A stretch of DNA of 64,000 bases, from positions 37,078,001-37,142,000 of the forward strand of contig NC_086109.1 in the NCBI RefSeq assembly GCF_963921235.1, read 5' to 3'. Shown in pieces: positions 1-11,777 of the stretch. The stretch comes from Mobula hypostoma. Taxonomy: Eukaryota. The translations under genes were made by a program, and so were the position numbers. Under the pieces are notes generated by a model that had not been told where the DNA came from, made no database searches, and saw only the letters and a list, made by a program, of their open reading frames with translations. Every line of letters begins with the position of its first letter. Position 1 is the stretch's first letter.

Positions 1-720
1 GTTTTCTGACCCCCGTAGCCTAGGGATGACTACCTCCCTGTAGCTCCTGTCTATCACCTCTTCACTTTCCCTGACAAGCAGTAGGTTATCAAGCTGCAGC
101 TCCAGATCCCTAACAGGGTTTCTGAGGCGCTGCATCTCGGTGCACCTGGCACAGATGTGGCCATCAGGGAGGCTGGAGGTCTCCCAGGATTCCCACATCT
201 GACACCCTGAACAAGCACTAACCCTGCAGGCATGCTACCTAATTCAACAGGAATGAAACAAGGAAAAATAAGTCTACTCACCCACTTACCTCGCCAAACA
301 CACAAACTTTTTAAACTGTTAGCTTGTACCATTAGCTGTGTGAGTCCCTCTGTTCCTCTGTCTGTCCAGGCAGATTCGTTAAGGGAAAAAAAAAATTGGT
401 GCCTCGCTCTCACCTCTCCCCTTTTCTGCCTAAGCCCATTGAGCCAAAGCCCTACACTCTGCTACCACTCATTCTGCTGCCCGCTCCAAGCTGTATAGGG
501 CGGTCTCCTTTTTAAACTTTCCATACTGTCCTGTCTATGTCACATGCCTGTGCAGTCTCGTCCTTCTTGAACTCGAAGAAGTTTTTTTAAAAAGTGCCTT
601 CTTCAGAATTCAGCTCTCACGCCGCTCTTCTTGTCCCAATCCAAGAAACAGCCGTTGGAAGTCCCTTTCCTTTTTAAACTCTCCATGCTGTCCTGTCTAC
701 ATCACACGCCTGCGCAGCAC
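1..720 (-). mobile_element. CR1/HER1-type LINE 5' UTR and ORF1 N-terminus (degenerate, cut by window edge)
   Basis: Minus strand from ~232 reads, across a frameshift, MPAGLV..C.GCQMWESWETSSLPDGHICARCTEMQRLRNPVRDLELQLDNL. This is the Cys-rich zinc finger/leucine-zipper start of CR1-clade ORF1. Confidence 0.75.
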
Positions 721-904
721 AATTAGACAATGTCCATGGGTACATGTTCCCAATGCCACTGAATATCTGAAGGCACTCAATTCCTCATCACTTGTTTCTA
801 GCAGCCTTCTCAAACTCCACATTCTCCACATCTTGTGCACATTGCTAACCATTCATCCCTGCCAACTATGCCACCTGTATAAATGGTACAACACTACTGA
901 TACC

Positions 905-1760
905 CTCACAGTAGAATTGGTACACAATTGGCTACTGTAACAAATTGCAAAGGGTGAGGCAAATGTGCATGACCCATCTCCAGCAGAGGAGAGAGTGTTG
1001 ACTGTTGTCAATATTGAGGTTTTTATTGAGCTAAGGCTGCCATCAATCAAATGATTGCATTGTCATTCTATATTCTCCTATAAAAATGCTACTTTTCTTT
1101 TCGACCCTCCTGAACCTCTATTTGCAGAATACATAACCATACTCCTCTGAATTCCCTGTCAATTTGCTTCAGAACCTTAGTTTTCTTATTTCTCCATTTA
1201 AAATACTCCACAACTAGGTTATTGGAAGCCAGTGGATGAATGGGAAGAGGAACAAAAGAATGTAGAACATTTTCACTCATTCCCACTCACAGGTCCTGAT
1301 AAAGGGTTTCAGCCCTAAATATTGACTGCTTCTTGCACTCCATAGATGCTGCCTGACCTGTTGAGTTCCTCCAACATATTGTGTGCATTGCTCTGGATTT
1401 CCAGCAACTGCAGAATCTCTTGTACATAGATACTGATATTGTACATAATTTTGAAGATTAGGTTAGATTATGCTAGATTATATTAGGTTAGGAGGTGTCA
1501 TGTTGGTGAGATCCACAGGTGCTGAGATACTGGCCACGTGGACTCCAACTGGAACGGAGACAGTAAGGAGCAGTTGCCAGCTCACAACACACACATTGAT
1601 CTGTCAAAAGCACAGATGAGGACATTGAGGAGCCTAGATTCAGAAGAAAGCTGATGGCAATCACACCAGAGTTTCTGGCGCTTTGGGAAGACTGCCATAT
1701 AGCCGGTTATAAAGAGGTCTGGCACGATGATGGCGCAGGAGTTATGTGGAGCTTGTAACT
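905..1760 (+). mobile_element. Highly decayed Harbinger-like Myb/SANT-ORF remnant (interrupted)
   Basis: ~912-1012 translates ELVHNW..QIAKGEANVHDPSPAEERVLTVV and ~1612-1700 translates TDEDIEEPRFRRKLMAI. Both resemble, from memory, segments of Harbinger Myb/SANT-like ORFs in chondrichthyans. Stops are present. Confidence 0.35.
1285..1422 (+). mobile_element. Penelope-like terminal repeat fragment with degenerate hammerhead motif
   Basis: CTGATAAAGGGTTTCAGCCCTAAATATTGACTG is followed by AGATGCTGCCTGACCTGTTGAGTTCCTCCAAC, the same terminus as the copies at ~8.1, 41.9, 47.7 and 63.8 kb. Confidence 0.7.
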
Positions 1761-1831
1761 TATCCTTTCAAGTATGGAGATGGTTGTACCTTCATCAACA
1801 CAGTTGCAGACCTAGGCTCCAAGCTTGCCCT

Positions 1832-2855
1832 AATGGTGGTAAGGAAAGCAAATGCAACGTTAGCGTTCATTTCAAGAAGATTAGAATATAAAAACAATGA
1901 TGTCCTGCTGAAGCATTATAAGGGATTAGTTAGACTGTGCTTGGAGCATTGTGAGCAGTTTTGAGCCCCTTACCTAAGAAAAGATTTGCTGGCATCGGAG
2001 AGGGTCCAAATAGAATATAGAACATAGAACAGTACAGCACAGTACAGGCCTTTTGGCCCACAATGTCATGCCAATCCTTAAACCCTGCCTCCCATATAAC
2101 CCCCCACCTTAAACTCCTCCACATACCTGTCCAGTAGTCGCTTAAATTTCACTAGTGTATCTGCCTCCACCACTGATTCAGGCAGTGCATTCCACGCACT
2201 AACCACTCTCTGAGTAAAAAAACCTTCCTCTAATATCCCCCTTGAACTTTCCACCCCTTACCTTAAAGCCATGTCCTCTTGTATTGAGCAGTGGTGCCCT
2301 GGGGAAGAGGCGCTGGCTATCCACTCTATCTATTCCTCTTATTATCTTGTACACCTCTATCATGTCTCCTCTCATCCTCCTGAATAAGGTTCATAAGATT
2401 GATTCTGGGAATGAAACGGTTTACATATGAGGAGAATTTGATGGTTCTCAGCCTGAACTTGCTGGAGTTTAGAAGAATGAGGGGAAAAGGGGTGATCTCA
2501 TTGAAACCTATTGAATATTGAAAGGCATAGATGGAGTGGATGTGGAGAGGATGTTTCCTATAGTGGTAAGTCTAGAGTAAGTGAGCACAGCCTCAGTATA
2601 GAGGACTGTCCATTTAGGAGAGAGGAGGAGGAATTTCTTTAGCCAGATAGTGGTGAATCTGTGGAATTCATATCCACAAACAGCTGAGGATGCCAAGTCA
2701 TTGAACATATTTAAAGTGGAGGTTGATTAGTCAGGATGTCAAAGGTGGTAGGGAGAAGGAAGAAGAATAGGATTATGAAAGATAATACATCAGCCATGTT
2801 GGAGTGGCAGAGAAGATGGAGTGAATAGCCTAAATCTGCTCTGTGTTATATGATC
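1832..2855 (+). mobile_element. CR1-type LINE 3' fragment, interrupted by an antisense CR1/HER1 3' end (~2011-2381)
   Basis: Reads VVRKANATLAFISRRLEYK...LVRLCLEHCEQF, followed by a CR1 3' UTR. The inner insert begins with the reverse complement of a (TTCTAT) tail. Confidence 0.8.
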
Positions 2856-2989
2856 TAACGGCCACTATCTTAGCATCCAGTCCGGCACACATCTGAGTTC
2901 TGCAGTGGAAACTTTTACTGCTTACTTTGCAAGCTGTCGTCATTTTTGTCAGTGCCAGTGAAATAAGTTTCTCGCACTTGCCAAATAAG

Positions 2990-3930
2990 TTTAAAGAGTT
3001 TCAAAGCAATTTGAACTGGCTAGACAAATGGTCTGCAAAATGGCAGATGGAATTTAGTGCTGACAAATGTGAAGTGTTGCCCTCTGAGAGGACAAACCAG
3101 GATATGACTTACATAGTGGGCAATAGCGTTCCTTTGCATTATAATAGAACAGAGGGATTTGGGAATCCATACCCATAGTTCTTTGAAAGTCAAGCCACAG
3201 GTAGGTAAGGCTATAAACTAAACTTTTAGTACTTTGGCTTCATAAATCAGAGTATTGAATACAGGAGTTAGGATGCTATTTTGAAGTTATATAGGAAATT
3301 GGTGAGGCCAAATTTAGTGTGTTGTGTACAGTTCTGGTCACCTAACTACAGAAAATATATCAATAAGATTGAAAGAGTATAGAGAAAGCTTACAAGGATG
3401 TTGTCTGAACTTGAGGACATGAGTGACAGGGAAAGGTTGAAAAGGTTAGCACTTTATTCCCTGGAGTGCAGGAGTATGAGGAGAGATTTCATAGAGGTAT
3501 ACAAAATTATGAGGGGTGAGACTACAGGTTAAGTGAGACTAGAATTAGAGCTCATAGTTTAAGGGTAAAATGCGAAATATTTAATGGAGACCTAAGGTGG
3601 GAACTTCTTCACTCAGAGGATGGTATGAATGTGGAATGAGCTGCTATTGGAGATGTTGGGTGTGGATTCAAGTGAAACATTTATGAGAATATCGAAAAAT
3701 AGAGAACTATGTGCTAGGGAAATTCTAGGCAGTCTCTAGACTAGGTTACATGGTCGGCTCGACGTTGTGGGCCGAAGGGCCTGTAATGTGCTGTAAGTTT
3801 CTATGTTCTACTTGAATGGGAGGGCTATGTAGGGCCATGTCCAGGTACAGGTCGATAGGCCAGGCAAAATAATAGTTTGGCATGGACTAGATGGGCTGAA
3901 GGGCTCATTTCTGTGCTATAACTTTTATGG
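2990..3930 (+). mobile_element. Degenerate CR1/HER1 LINE 3' fragment
   Basis: Reads LDKWSAKWQMEFSADKCEVL, followed by the decayed ORF2 C-terminus and 3' UTR. Confidence 0.8.
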
Positions 3931-4994
3931 CTAACATTTGGCTAGCTGTATCTGTATAACAGTGCCTCAGCCTGGAAACATTGGCACTTATATCGTGTAT
4001 GATATTATGATCTGCTCGAACTGGCAAGTGTTTTGTGAGTATCTGTCAAGGTTGTAAGTAGGCTCACTAGACACAATATTAAACCCTTCAGACACTCTTC
4101 ATTCTTAAAAATCATTTAGCAATTTAATCCATAAAGTTCTCATAATTGGTTTCCTCTGCGTGAACTAAACCTTGCTCTAATTAAGCCAATGACAAATTGC
4201 ATCAGCACTACTGTCACAGGGAAAACACATGTAGGAGCACAGATCAAACCTATTGATTACTAAAGCGGAACAAAATACAAGCATAACAACTCTGCCACTC
4301 TGTAAATTATTCAATCTATTGATTCCATGTATACTAAATGCAGAATTATTCCAGCTAATGATGTAATTGGTTAGCAACAGAGTCTAAGTAGTTCTCAAAA
4401 TCTTGCAATTTATTTTGCATCTTTTACTAACTCCAGAATGCATAACAATCAATGAAAGGCCTTTGCACTATCATAGATAGGTGGCTAAACTGTCAGGATG
4501 GAACTCTCCTAGACTATAGGCCAGCAAATCTCGAGGAAGGAGGTATGAGCTCAGTGAGCCCTGAGAATGAGGGCTTATGACCACTGAGGTTGGAAAGCTC
4601 TGGGTTTGGATGCTCAAGGTCCTTCAGCAGGCTGGAGGCCCATTCTCAGTGAAACTTGGTGTCAAAACTTAGAGGATAGTGAGTCCAGAGATCAGAGGCC
4701 TGTGATAAGCATGCCCTGGGATCGTAACACCGAGGCTGTCAAGTCCAAAGGTCAAAATTCTGATGTCAGCAGGTCCTGAGGTTGAGGACTGTGATTGGCA
4801 AGCCCTGGAGTTGAAAGCTAGAGGTCATTGAGTCCGAAGGTTGGGGATTGAAGCCCAAAATTTGAAGTTAAGGATCGGCGAATCCATAGAAGCTCTTAGG
4901 TCGATGGGTCCAGAGGTCGGAGGTCCGATGTCTGTTACTCTGTATGTCCAGGGTTTGGGCCAACAACTGGAGGTTGGAGGCTCAAGTTCATCGG

Positions 4995-5604
4995 CGGGAG
5001 GAGAGAGTGCAGTGCGCAGCCCTCCAGTGAAAATGATATCGTAGCTGTTAAATAGGGGCCGTGGACAATTCTGATTTGATGGACACAGACATGAAAGCAC
5101 AGAGGAACATATGGAGAAATTTTTGTTACGCCCGTTCGCTGCTGTCGTTACTGCACAATCCTGAATCTTCCCAAGGGAAGACCTCAAAATCCCCGGCTTT
5201 ACCTGCTGTTGGTGACCAAGATTGAGGTCGAATCGCTCGGATAGAGAGGGTGCTCAGTACTTGGTGTCGGAGAGCTGATCGGAGGCTCGAAGTTTTCGGA
5301 CGACTCAGAGTCGGACTGTGGTCGGGCATGGCAGGGAGAGTTTTTCTTCCTTCTCCCGTCTGCATCAGATGTGGGACATTTGAGAGACTTTGAACTTTTA
5401 CTGTGCTCATGGACTGTTCTTCATCAAGTTATGGTATTGTTGCACTGTTGTAACTATATGTTATAATCATGTGGTTTTGTTAGTTTTTTCAGTCTTGATC
5501 TGTCCTGTGTTTTGTGATATCACACCAGAGGAAATATTGTATCATTTCTTAATGCATGCATTACTAAATGACAATAAATGAGGACTGTGTGTCTTCATAA
5601 TCTA
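4995..5604 (+). mobile_element. Non-autonomous ~0.6-0.7 kb retroposon (same family as 36040-36740)
   Basis: Colinear with the reverse complement of 36040-36740, including the end ...TGCATGCATTACTAAATGACAATAAATGAGGACTG...CATAATCTA. No credible ORF. Confidence 0.7.
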
Positions 5605-7093
5605 AAAAAAACCTCTCCTGGGTTGGAGGCCTAGCTGCCTGTGTGTGGGAGTGTGGTAACTGGGCTTGTTTGCTGCTGTTGTTGCCTCTATGCTGGCTGA
5701 GTGTTGTTCTATACAGTATAACATGTGGGATTGCTGTGCTGGTGCTAGAATGGGGGGCAATACTTGTGGGCTCCCAGCACATCCCTGGTTCTGTTGGTTA
5801 CTAAAGCAAACAGCATATTTCACTGGATATTTTAATGTACATGTGGTAAATATATCTAGACTAATTTAAACTCAAAGAGCTTCTTGCATGTAGTTAGATC
5901 CTGCAAACAGCAAAGAAGATAAATAACCAGACAATCTATTTTCAGAGTACAGGCCGATGGGGAGCAGAGGAGATAGGCTGTGAGCTCAAAGAGTTCACAG
6001 GTCATTTTCAAATTGTGCCATCATGCCTGCTACATCATTATGAGCTCTCCTTCTCCACAAGCAATTTAGATCATCTATTTATATCAGTCTGACACAAATT
6101 GTTTGTTTTCCATTCCCTGTCAATTTTCTACATTAATGTGGGATTGTTTTTATGATACAGTCTATGTAGGGAATAATTACAGTCCCTCACAGTTCTATTG
6201 ATTCAAGGCTAGTAGTAGCAGTGCACTGCTTCCCCAGGGGCTGACACAGGCAGGATCAATGTGGTGAAAATTGGCTGGCTTAGCAAATGTACTAAACTGA
6301 TTAAATGAATGCAGTTCAATTGGTTTATAGTTGAGTTTCAACCTGCTCAATGGATGGTATTAAAATGAAGATTTTCCATATTTGCAATTCTGGCATGTGC
6401 TAAGACTACACATTTTGAAATATATGCTCCCAGTAGTTAGATTTTCATACTTTCAAATCATTTAGTTTTATCAGCAGGATGCAGACCATAATCTCACAGA
6501 ATCATAAATTGAAACAAAATAGGAAGAATTCCCATTGTGACTGTGCCAGAGCTTTGAACAAAGGTCTAATTGGAGTTCTCCACCTCTTTACAATTCTCTT
6601 TGAAAGCTTAATAATCTCATCTAATCACCATTACTAACAGTGAACTCCAGATCATAATGATCCACAACACTTTCCCTGTTGTAGCCTTTGATTATTTGCC
6701 GATCACCTGCAGTCCATGAATAATCTATTCTTCTGACATTGGTAAAAGTTATTCATGTTTATACTTCCATTTTTTTTACTTTATCAAATTCATGATTACT
6801 TTTTTTATATACAAGAAAGGAACCAAAACTCTTTTTGTAAGTGGTCTGTTATCTCAGATCACATCCACAGCATTCTTAAGGGGGAACATGAGCAGCTAGA
6901 AGTCATGGTACATGTTGGTACCAAAGACATAGGAAGGAAAAGGAATGAAGTCCTGAAGAGAGAGGTTAGGGAACTAGATGGGAAGCTGAATAGCAGTACC
7001 TCCAGAGTAATAATCTCTGGATTGTTGCCCTTGCCACATGCCAGTGAGGGTAAGAACAGGATGATTTGGCAATTGAATGTGTGGTTGAAGCAC

Positions 7094-7199
7094 TGGCATG
7101 GGAGGGAGGTTGGCAGAATTGGCATGGGAGGGAGGTTGGCAGAATTGGCATGGGAGGGAGGTTGGCAGAATTGGCATGGGAGGGAGGTTGGCAGAATTG
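7094..7199 (+). repeat. Perfect 26-bp tandem repeat x4 (TGGCATGGGAGGGAGGTTGGCAGAAT)
   Basis: Four identical units start at 7094, 7120, 7146 and 7172. Confidence 0.97.
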
Positions 7200-7859
7200 T
7201 TGATCATTGGGATCTCTTCTGGGGAAAAGTGATGAAGTTACACCTGAACTCGAAGAGGGACAATAACTAGCCTTTTGGGCAGGTTTGCTAAAGCAGCTGA
7301 GGAGGATTTAAAACTTGTTTGGTAAGGGATGGAAAACTAAGTAATTGGTTGGAGGTTGGGGCAGTTGGTGTTAAGGTAGGTGCACTGTTTATAGAAACTA
7401 GAGGAAAGATAGGCAGTGGAAAGGGCATGATTGGATTGTTGAAATGCGTCTATTTTAATGCCAAGAAGGATCTGGAACAAGGGATGTGAAATTAGAGCAT
7501 GGATTACAAAAATGTACAATGACATTGTGGCCTTTACGGAGATTTGGCTGTCACAAGCATTGGAATGTTTGCAGGGCGCTCCATGGTTTGGGTATTTCAA
7601 AAGGGACATGGAGGGAGGTACAAGAGCAGGGGGAGTGGCTTTGCTAATCAGGAATAGTATCACTACTGCAGAAAGGTAAGATGGTGTGAAGGAATCGCTC
7701 ACTAAGTCATGCGGGTGGAAGTTAGAAACAGGAGGTAAGCAATCACTCTATTGGGAGAGTTCTATTGACTCCTTCCCCCTTCTCCAATAGTAACAGAGAT
7801 ACTGAGAAGCAGACTGGGAGGCAGATTTGAGAAAGATGAAAAAATAACACAATTGTTAT

Positions 7860-8228
7860 CTTACCTCCTTACCTGCCCCTTGCCTCACTCTGGCGCTACT
7901 CCTCCTTTCCTTTCTTCTATCCTCTCCTATCAGATTCCTCCTTTTCCAGCCTTTATCTCCTGCACCAATAAATTTCCTAGCTCTTTACTTCATCCCCTCC
8001 TTCTCTCCTGGTTTCACCCATCACTTACCTCCTTGGACTTCTTTCTCCCCTTCCCTCCACCTTCTTACTCTGACCTCTCCTCTTTCTTTACGGTCCTGAA
8101 GAAGGGCCTTGGCCCAAAACGCCAACTGTTTACTCTTCTCCATAGATGCTGCCTAGCCCATTGAGTTGCACCAGCATTATCTGTGTGCTGCTTGGATTTC
8201 CAGCATCTACAGATTTTCTCATGTTTGT
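7860..8228 (+). mobile_element. Penelope-like terminal repeat inserted in old CR1
   Basis: Pyrimidine-rich tract, then CTGAAGAAGGGCCTTGGCCCAAAACGCC (decayed hammerhead), then the AGATGCTGCC...CCAGCAT terminus. Confidence 0.75.
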
Positions 8229-8869
8229 GGTTGTTGTCATGCTAACTTCAACTTCCCTAATATTGTTCGGCACTTTCTCAGTACAAAAGATTTAGTTGTG
8301 GTAGAAGGATTCCTGACACAATATGTAGACAGATAGACAGACTAGAGGTGAGGCAATAGTGGATCTGATATCGGTAATGAACCTGGTCAGGTGACAGATC
8401 TCTGGATGGGTGAGTATTTTGGAGACAATGGTCTTTACCATAGCTTTTGATAGGGATAAGAAAAGATGGTGTGGGAAAGTGTTTAATCAGGCAAGGGCGA
8501 ATTATGATTCTGTTGGACAGGAACTTGGGTGTGTAAATTATGAACAGATGTACTCAAGGAAATGCACAATGGAAATGTGGAAGTTGTTTAAGGAACACTT
8601 GCATGGATTTCTGCAATAGGTTTGCCCCACTGAGGCAAGGAAGGTCTGGTAGAGTGAAAGAATCATGATTGACATGAGCTGTAGAAAATCTAGTTAGGAA
8701 GAAGAAAGAAACATGCTTAAGGTCTAGGAAGCAAGAATCAGACAGGACTCCAGAGAGTTACAAGGTAGCCAGGAAGCAGCTTAAGAATGGCCTTAAGAGA
8801 GCTTGAAGAAAGCTTAAAAATTAGCTTCATTTGTCACGCGAACATCAAAACATACCGTGAAGTGCATCA

Positions 8870-11133
8870 TTTGAGAGTGACATAGTTAATTCAGAAAAAA
8901 AGATTCTGAACTTTAAGAGGGGTAACTTTGAAGGTATGAGACGTGAATTAGCTAAGGTAGACTGGCAAATGACACTTAAAGGATTGACGGTGGATATGCA
9001 ATGGCAAGCATTTAAGGATTGCATGGATGAACTACAACAATTGTTCATCCCAGTTTGGCAAAAGAATAAATCAAGGAAGATAGTGCACCCGTGGCTGACA
9101 AGAGAAATTAGGGATAGTATCAATTCCAAAGAAGAAGCATACAAATTAGCCAGAAAAAGTGGCTCACATGAGGACTGGGAGAAATTCAGAGTTCAGCAGA
9201 GGAGGACAAAGGGCTTAATTAGGAAGGGGGAAAAAGATTATGAGAGAAAACTGGCAGGGAACATAAAAACTGACTGTAAAAGCTTTTATAGATATGTAAA
9301 AAGGAAAAGACTGGTAAAGACAAATGTAGGTCCCCTACAGACAGAAACAGGTGAATCGATTATGGGGAGCAAGGACATGGCAGACCAATTGAATAATTAC
9401 TTTGGTTCTGTCTTCACTAAGGAGGACATAAATAATCTTCCAGAAATAGTAGGGGACAGAGGGTCCAGTGAGATGGAGGAACTGAGGAAAATACATGTTA
9501 GTAGGGAAGTGGTGTTGGGTAAATTGAAGGGATTAAAGGCAGATAAATCCCTAGGGCCAGATGGTCTGCATCCCAGAGTGCTTAAGGAAGTAGCCCAAGA
9601 AATAGTGGATGCATTAGTGATAATTTTTCAAAACTCATTAGATTCTGGACTAGTTCCTGAGGATTGGAGGGTGGCTAATGTAACCCCACTTTTTAAAAAA
9701 GGAGGGAGAGAGAAACCGGGGAATTATAGACCGGTTAGCCTAACGTCGGTGGTGGGGAAACGGCTGGAGTCAGTTATCAAAGATGTGATAACAGCACATT
9801 TGGAAAGCAGTGAAATCATCGGACAAAGTCAGCATGGATTTGTGAAAGGAAAATCATTTCTGACGAATCTCATAGAATTTTTTGAGGATGTAACTAGTAG
9901 AGTGGATAGGGGAGAACCAGTGGATGTGGTATATTTGGATTTTCAAAAGGCTTTTGACAAGGTCCCACACAGGAGATTAGTGTGCAAACTTAAAGCACAC
10001 GGTATTGGGGGTAAGGTATTGATGTGGATAGAGAATTGGTTAGCAGACAGGAAGCAAAGAGTGGGAATAAACTGGACCTTTTCAGAATGGCAGGCAGTGA
10101 CTAGTGGGGTACCGCAAGGCTCAGTGCTGGGACCCCAGTTGTTTACAATATATATTAATGACTTGGATGAGGGAATTAAATGCAGCATCTCCAAGTTTGT
10201 GGATGACACGAAGCTGGGCAGCAGTGTTAGCTGTGAGGAGGATGCTAAGAGGATGCAGGGTGACTTGGATAGGTTGGGTGAGTGGGCAAATTCATGGCAG
10301 ATGCAATTTAATGTGGATAAATGTGAAGTTATCCACTTTGGTTGCAAAAACAGGAAAACAGATTATTATCTGAATGGTGGCCGATTAGGAAAAGGGGAGG
10401 TGCAACGAGACCTGGGTGTCATTATACACCAGTCATTGAAAGTGGGCATGCAGGTACAGCAAGCGGTGAAAAAGGCGAATGGTATGCTGGCATTTATAGC
10501 GAGAGGATTCGAGTACAGGAGCAGGGAGGTACTACTGCAGTTGTACAAGGCCTTGGTGAGACCACACCTGGAGTATTGTGTGCAGTTTTGGTCCCCTAAT
10601 CTGAGGAAAGACATTCTTGCCATAGAGGGAGTACAAAGAACGTTCACCAGATTGATTCCTGGGATGGCAGGACTTTCATATGAAGAAAGACTGGATGAAC
10701 TGGGCTTGTACTCATTGGAATTTAGAAGATTGAGTGGGGATCTGATTGAAACGTATAAAATCCTAAAGGGATTGGACAGGCTAGATGCAGGAAGATTGTT
10801 CCCGATGTTGGGGAAGTCCAGAACGAGGGGTCACAGTTTGAGGATAAAGCGGAAGCCTTTTAGGACTGAGATTAGGAAAAACTTCTTCACACAGAGAGTG
10901 GTGAATCTGTGGAATTCTCTGCCACAGGAAACAGTTGAGGCCAGTTCATTGGCTATATTTAAGAGGGAGTTAGATAAGGTCCTTGTGGCTACGGGGATCA
11001 GGGGGTATGGAGGGAAGGCTGGTGCAGGGTTCTGAGTTGGATGATCAGCCACGATCATAATAAATGGCGGTGCAGGCTCGAAGGGCCGAATGGCCTACTC
11101 CTGCACCTATTTTCTATGTTTCTATGTTTCTAT
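8870..11133 (+). mobile_element. Young 5'-truncated CR1/HER1-type LINE
   Basis: Uninterrupted 699-aa frame, intact 3' UTR and (TTTCTATG)n tail. Nearly identical to 14321-15754. Confidence 0.95.
8936..11035 (+). CDS. CR1 ORF2 reverse transcriptase portion (endonuclease missing)
   Basis: Motifs NYRPVSLTS, QHGF, YLDFQKAFDKV, GVPQGSVLGP, FVDD and the CR1 C-terminus RTRGH...FFTQRVVNLWN. Confidence 0.9.
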   Translation: MRRELAKVDWQMTLKGLTVDMQWQAFKDCMDELQQLFIPVWQKNKSRKIVHPWLTREIRDSINSKEEAYKLARKSGSHEDWEKFRVQQRRTKGLIRKGEKDYERKLAGNIKTDCKSFYRYVKRKRLVKTNVGPLQTETGESIMGSKDMADQLNNYFGSVFTKEDINNLPEIVGDRGSSEMEELRKIHVSREVVLGKLKGLKADKSLGPDGLHPRVLKEVAQEIVDALVIIFQNSLDSGLVPEDWRVANVTPLFKKGGREKPGNYRPVSLTSVVGKRLESVIKDVITAHLESSEIIGQSQHGFVKGKSFLTNLIEFFEDVTSRVDRGEPVDVVYLDFQKAFDKVPHRRLVCKLKAHGIGGKVLMWIENWLADRKQRVGINWTFSEWQAVTSGVPQGSVLGPQLFTIYINDLDEGIKCSISKFVDDTKLGSSVSCEEDAKRMQGDLDRLGEWANSWQMQFNVDKCEVIHFGCKNRKTDYYLNGGRLGKGEVQRDLGVIIHQSLKVGMQVQQAVKKANGMLAFIARGFEYRSREVLLQLYKALVRPHLEYCVQFWSPNLRKDILAIEGVQRTFTRLIPGMAGLSYEERLDELGLYSLEFRRLSGDLIETYKILKGLDRLDAGRLFPMLGKSRTRGHSLRIKRKPFRTEIRKNFFTQRVVNLWNSLPQETVEASSLAIFKRELDKVLVATGIRGYGGKAGAGF

Positions 11134-11777
11134 TTCCATCAACGCCCAAAACAGTCCGAATATGTGCTGGTGTCACCATGCATCCGCTGCCAGCATAGCA
11201 TGTCCACAGCTTCCTAACCCCTACATCTTTGAAACGTGGAAGGGAACCAGCGCACCTTGAGGAAACCCAAGCAGCCATGGGGAGAATGTATAAGCTCTTT
11301 ACAGACAGCAGTGGGAACTGGGAATGCCTTGGCGAGTAGGGTTAAGGAAAAGTGCAAGGCACTCTACAGCAACATGAAGAATAGGAGGATGACTAGATTG
11401 AGGATGTAACTGATCAAGGGTAAAAGAGAGAACATGTGCCTGGAGTCAGAAGAGTTAGGGAAGGTCCATAAAGAATATCTTGCTTCAGTATTCACCAGTG
11501 AGAGGGACCTTGAAGAACGTGAGGACAGCATAAAACAGGCTGATGTACTGGAACATGTCAACATTAATAAAGAGCATGTGCTGGAATTTTTGAAAAAACA
11601 GCAGGATAGATAAGTCCCTGAAGCCCAAAGGCATTTACCCTTGGTTACTATGGGAAGTGAAGGAAGAGATTGCAGTACTTTTAGCAATGATCTTTGCACC
11701 CTTACTGGCCACAGGAATAATACCAGAAAATTGGAGGGTGACAAATGTTATTCCTGTGCTCAAGAGGAATAATAACT

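Larger units (their letters stand above)
6850..8820 (+). mobile_element. Old CR1 LINE: ORF1 esterase-like part and ORF2 endonuclease region, decayed
   Basis: Reads VMVHVGTKDIG...RVIISGLLP (CR1 ORF1 SGNH-like domain), then YNDIVAFTEIWL...RAGGVALLIRN (APE endonuclease). Many stops. Confidence 0.8.
8821..11320 (-). mobile_element. V-SINE-like element split by the young CR1 (pieces ~8821-8870 and ~11134-11320)
   Basis: 11230-11320 is the reverse complement of a V-domain-like stretch (..TTCTCCCC..GGGTTTCCTC..). The tail pieces join across the CR1 insertion. Confidence 0.55.

Noticed and set aside
7094..7199. Repeat array as CRISPR
   Set aside because: No spacers, eukaryotic TE context and no cas genes.
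9943..10647. Antisense ORFs repeated in both young CR1 copies
   Set aside because: They are shadows of the RT frame and recur only because the copies are nearly identical.
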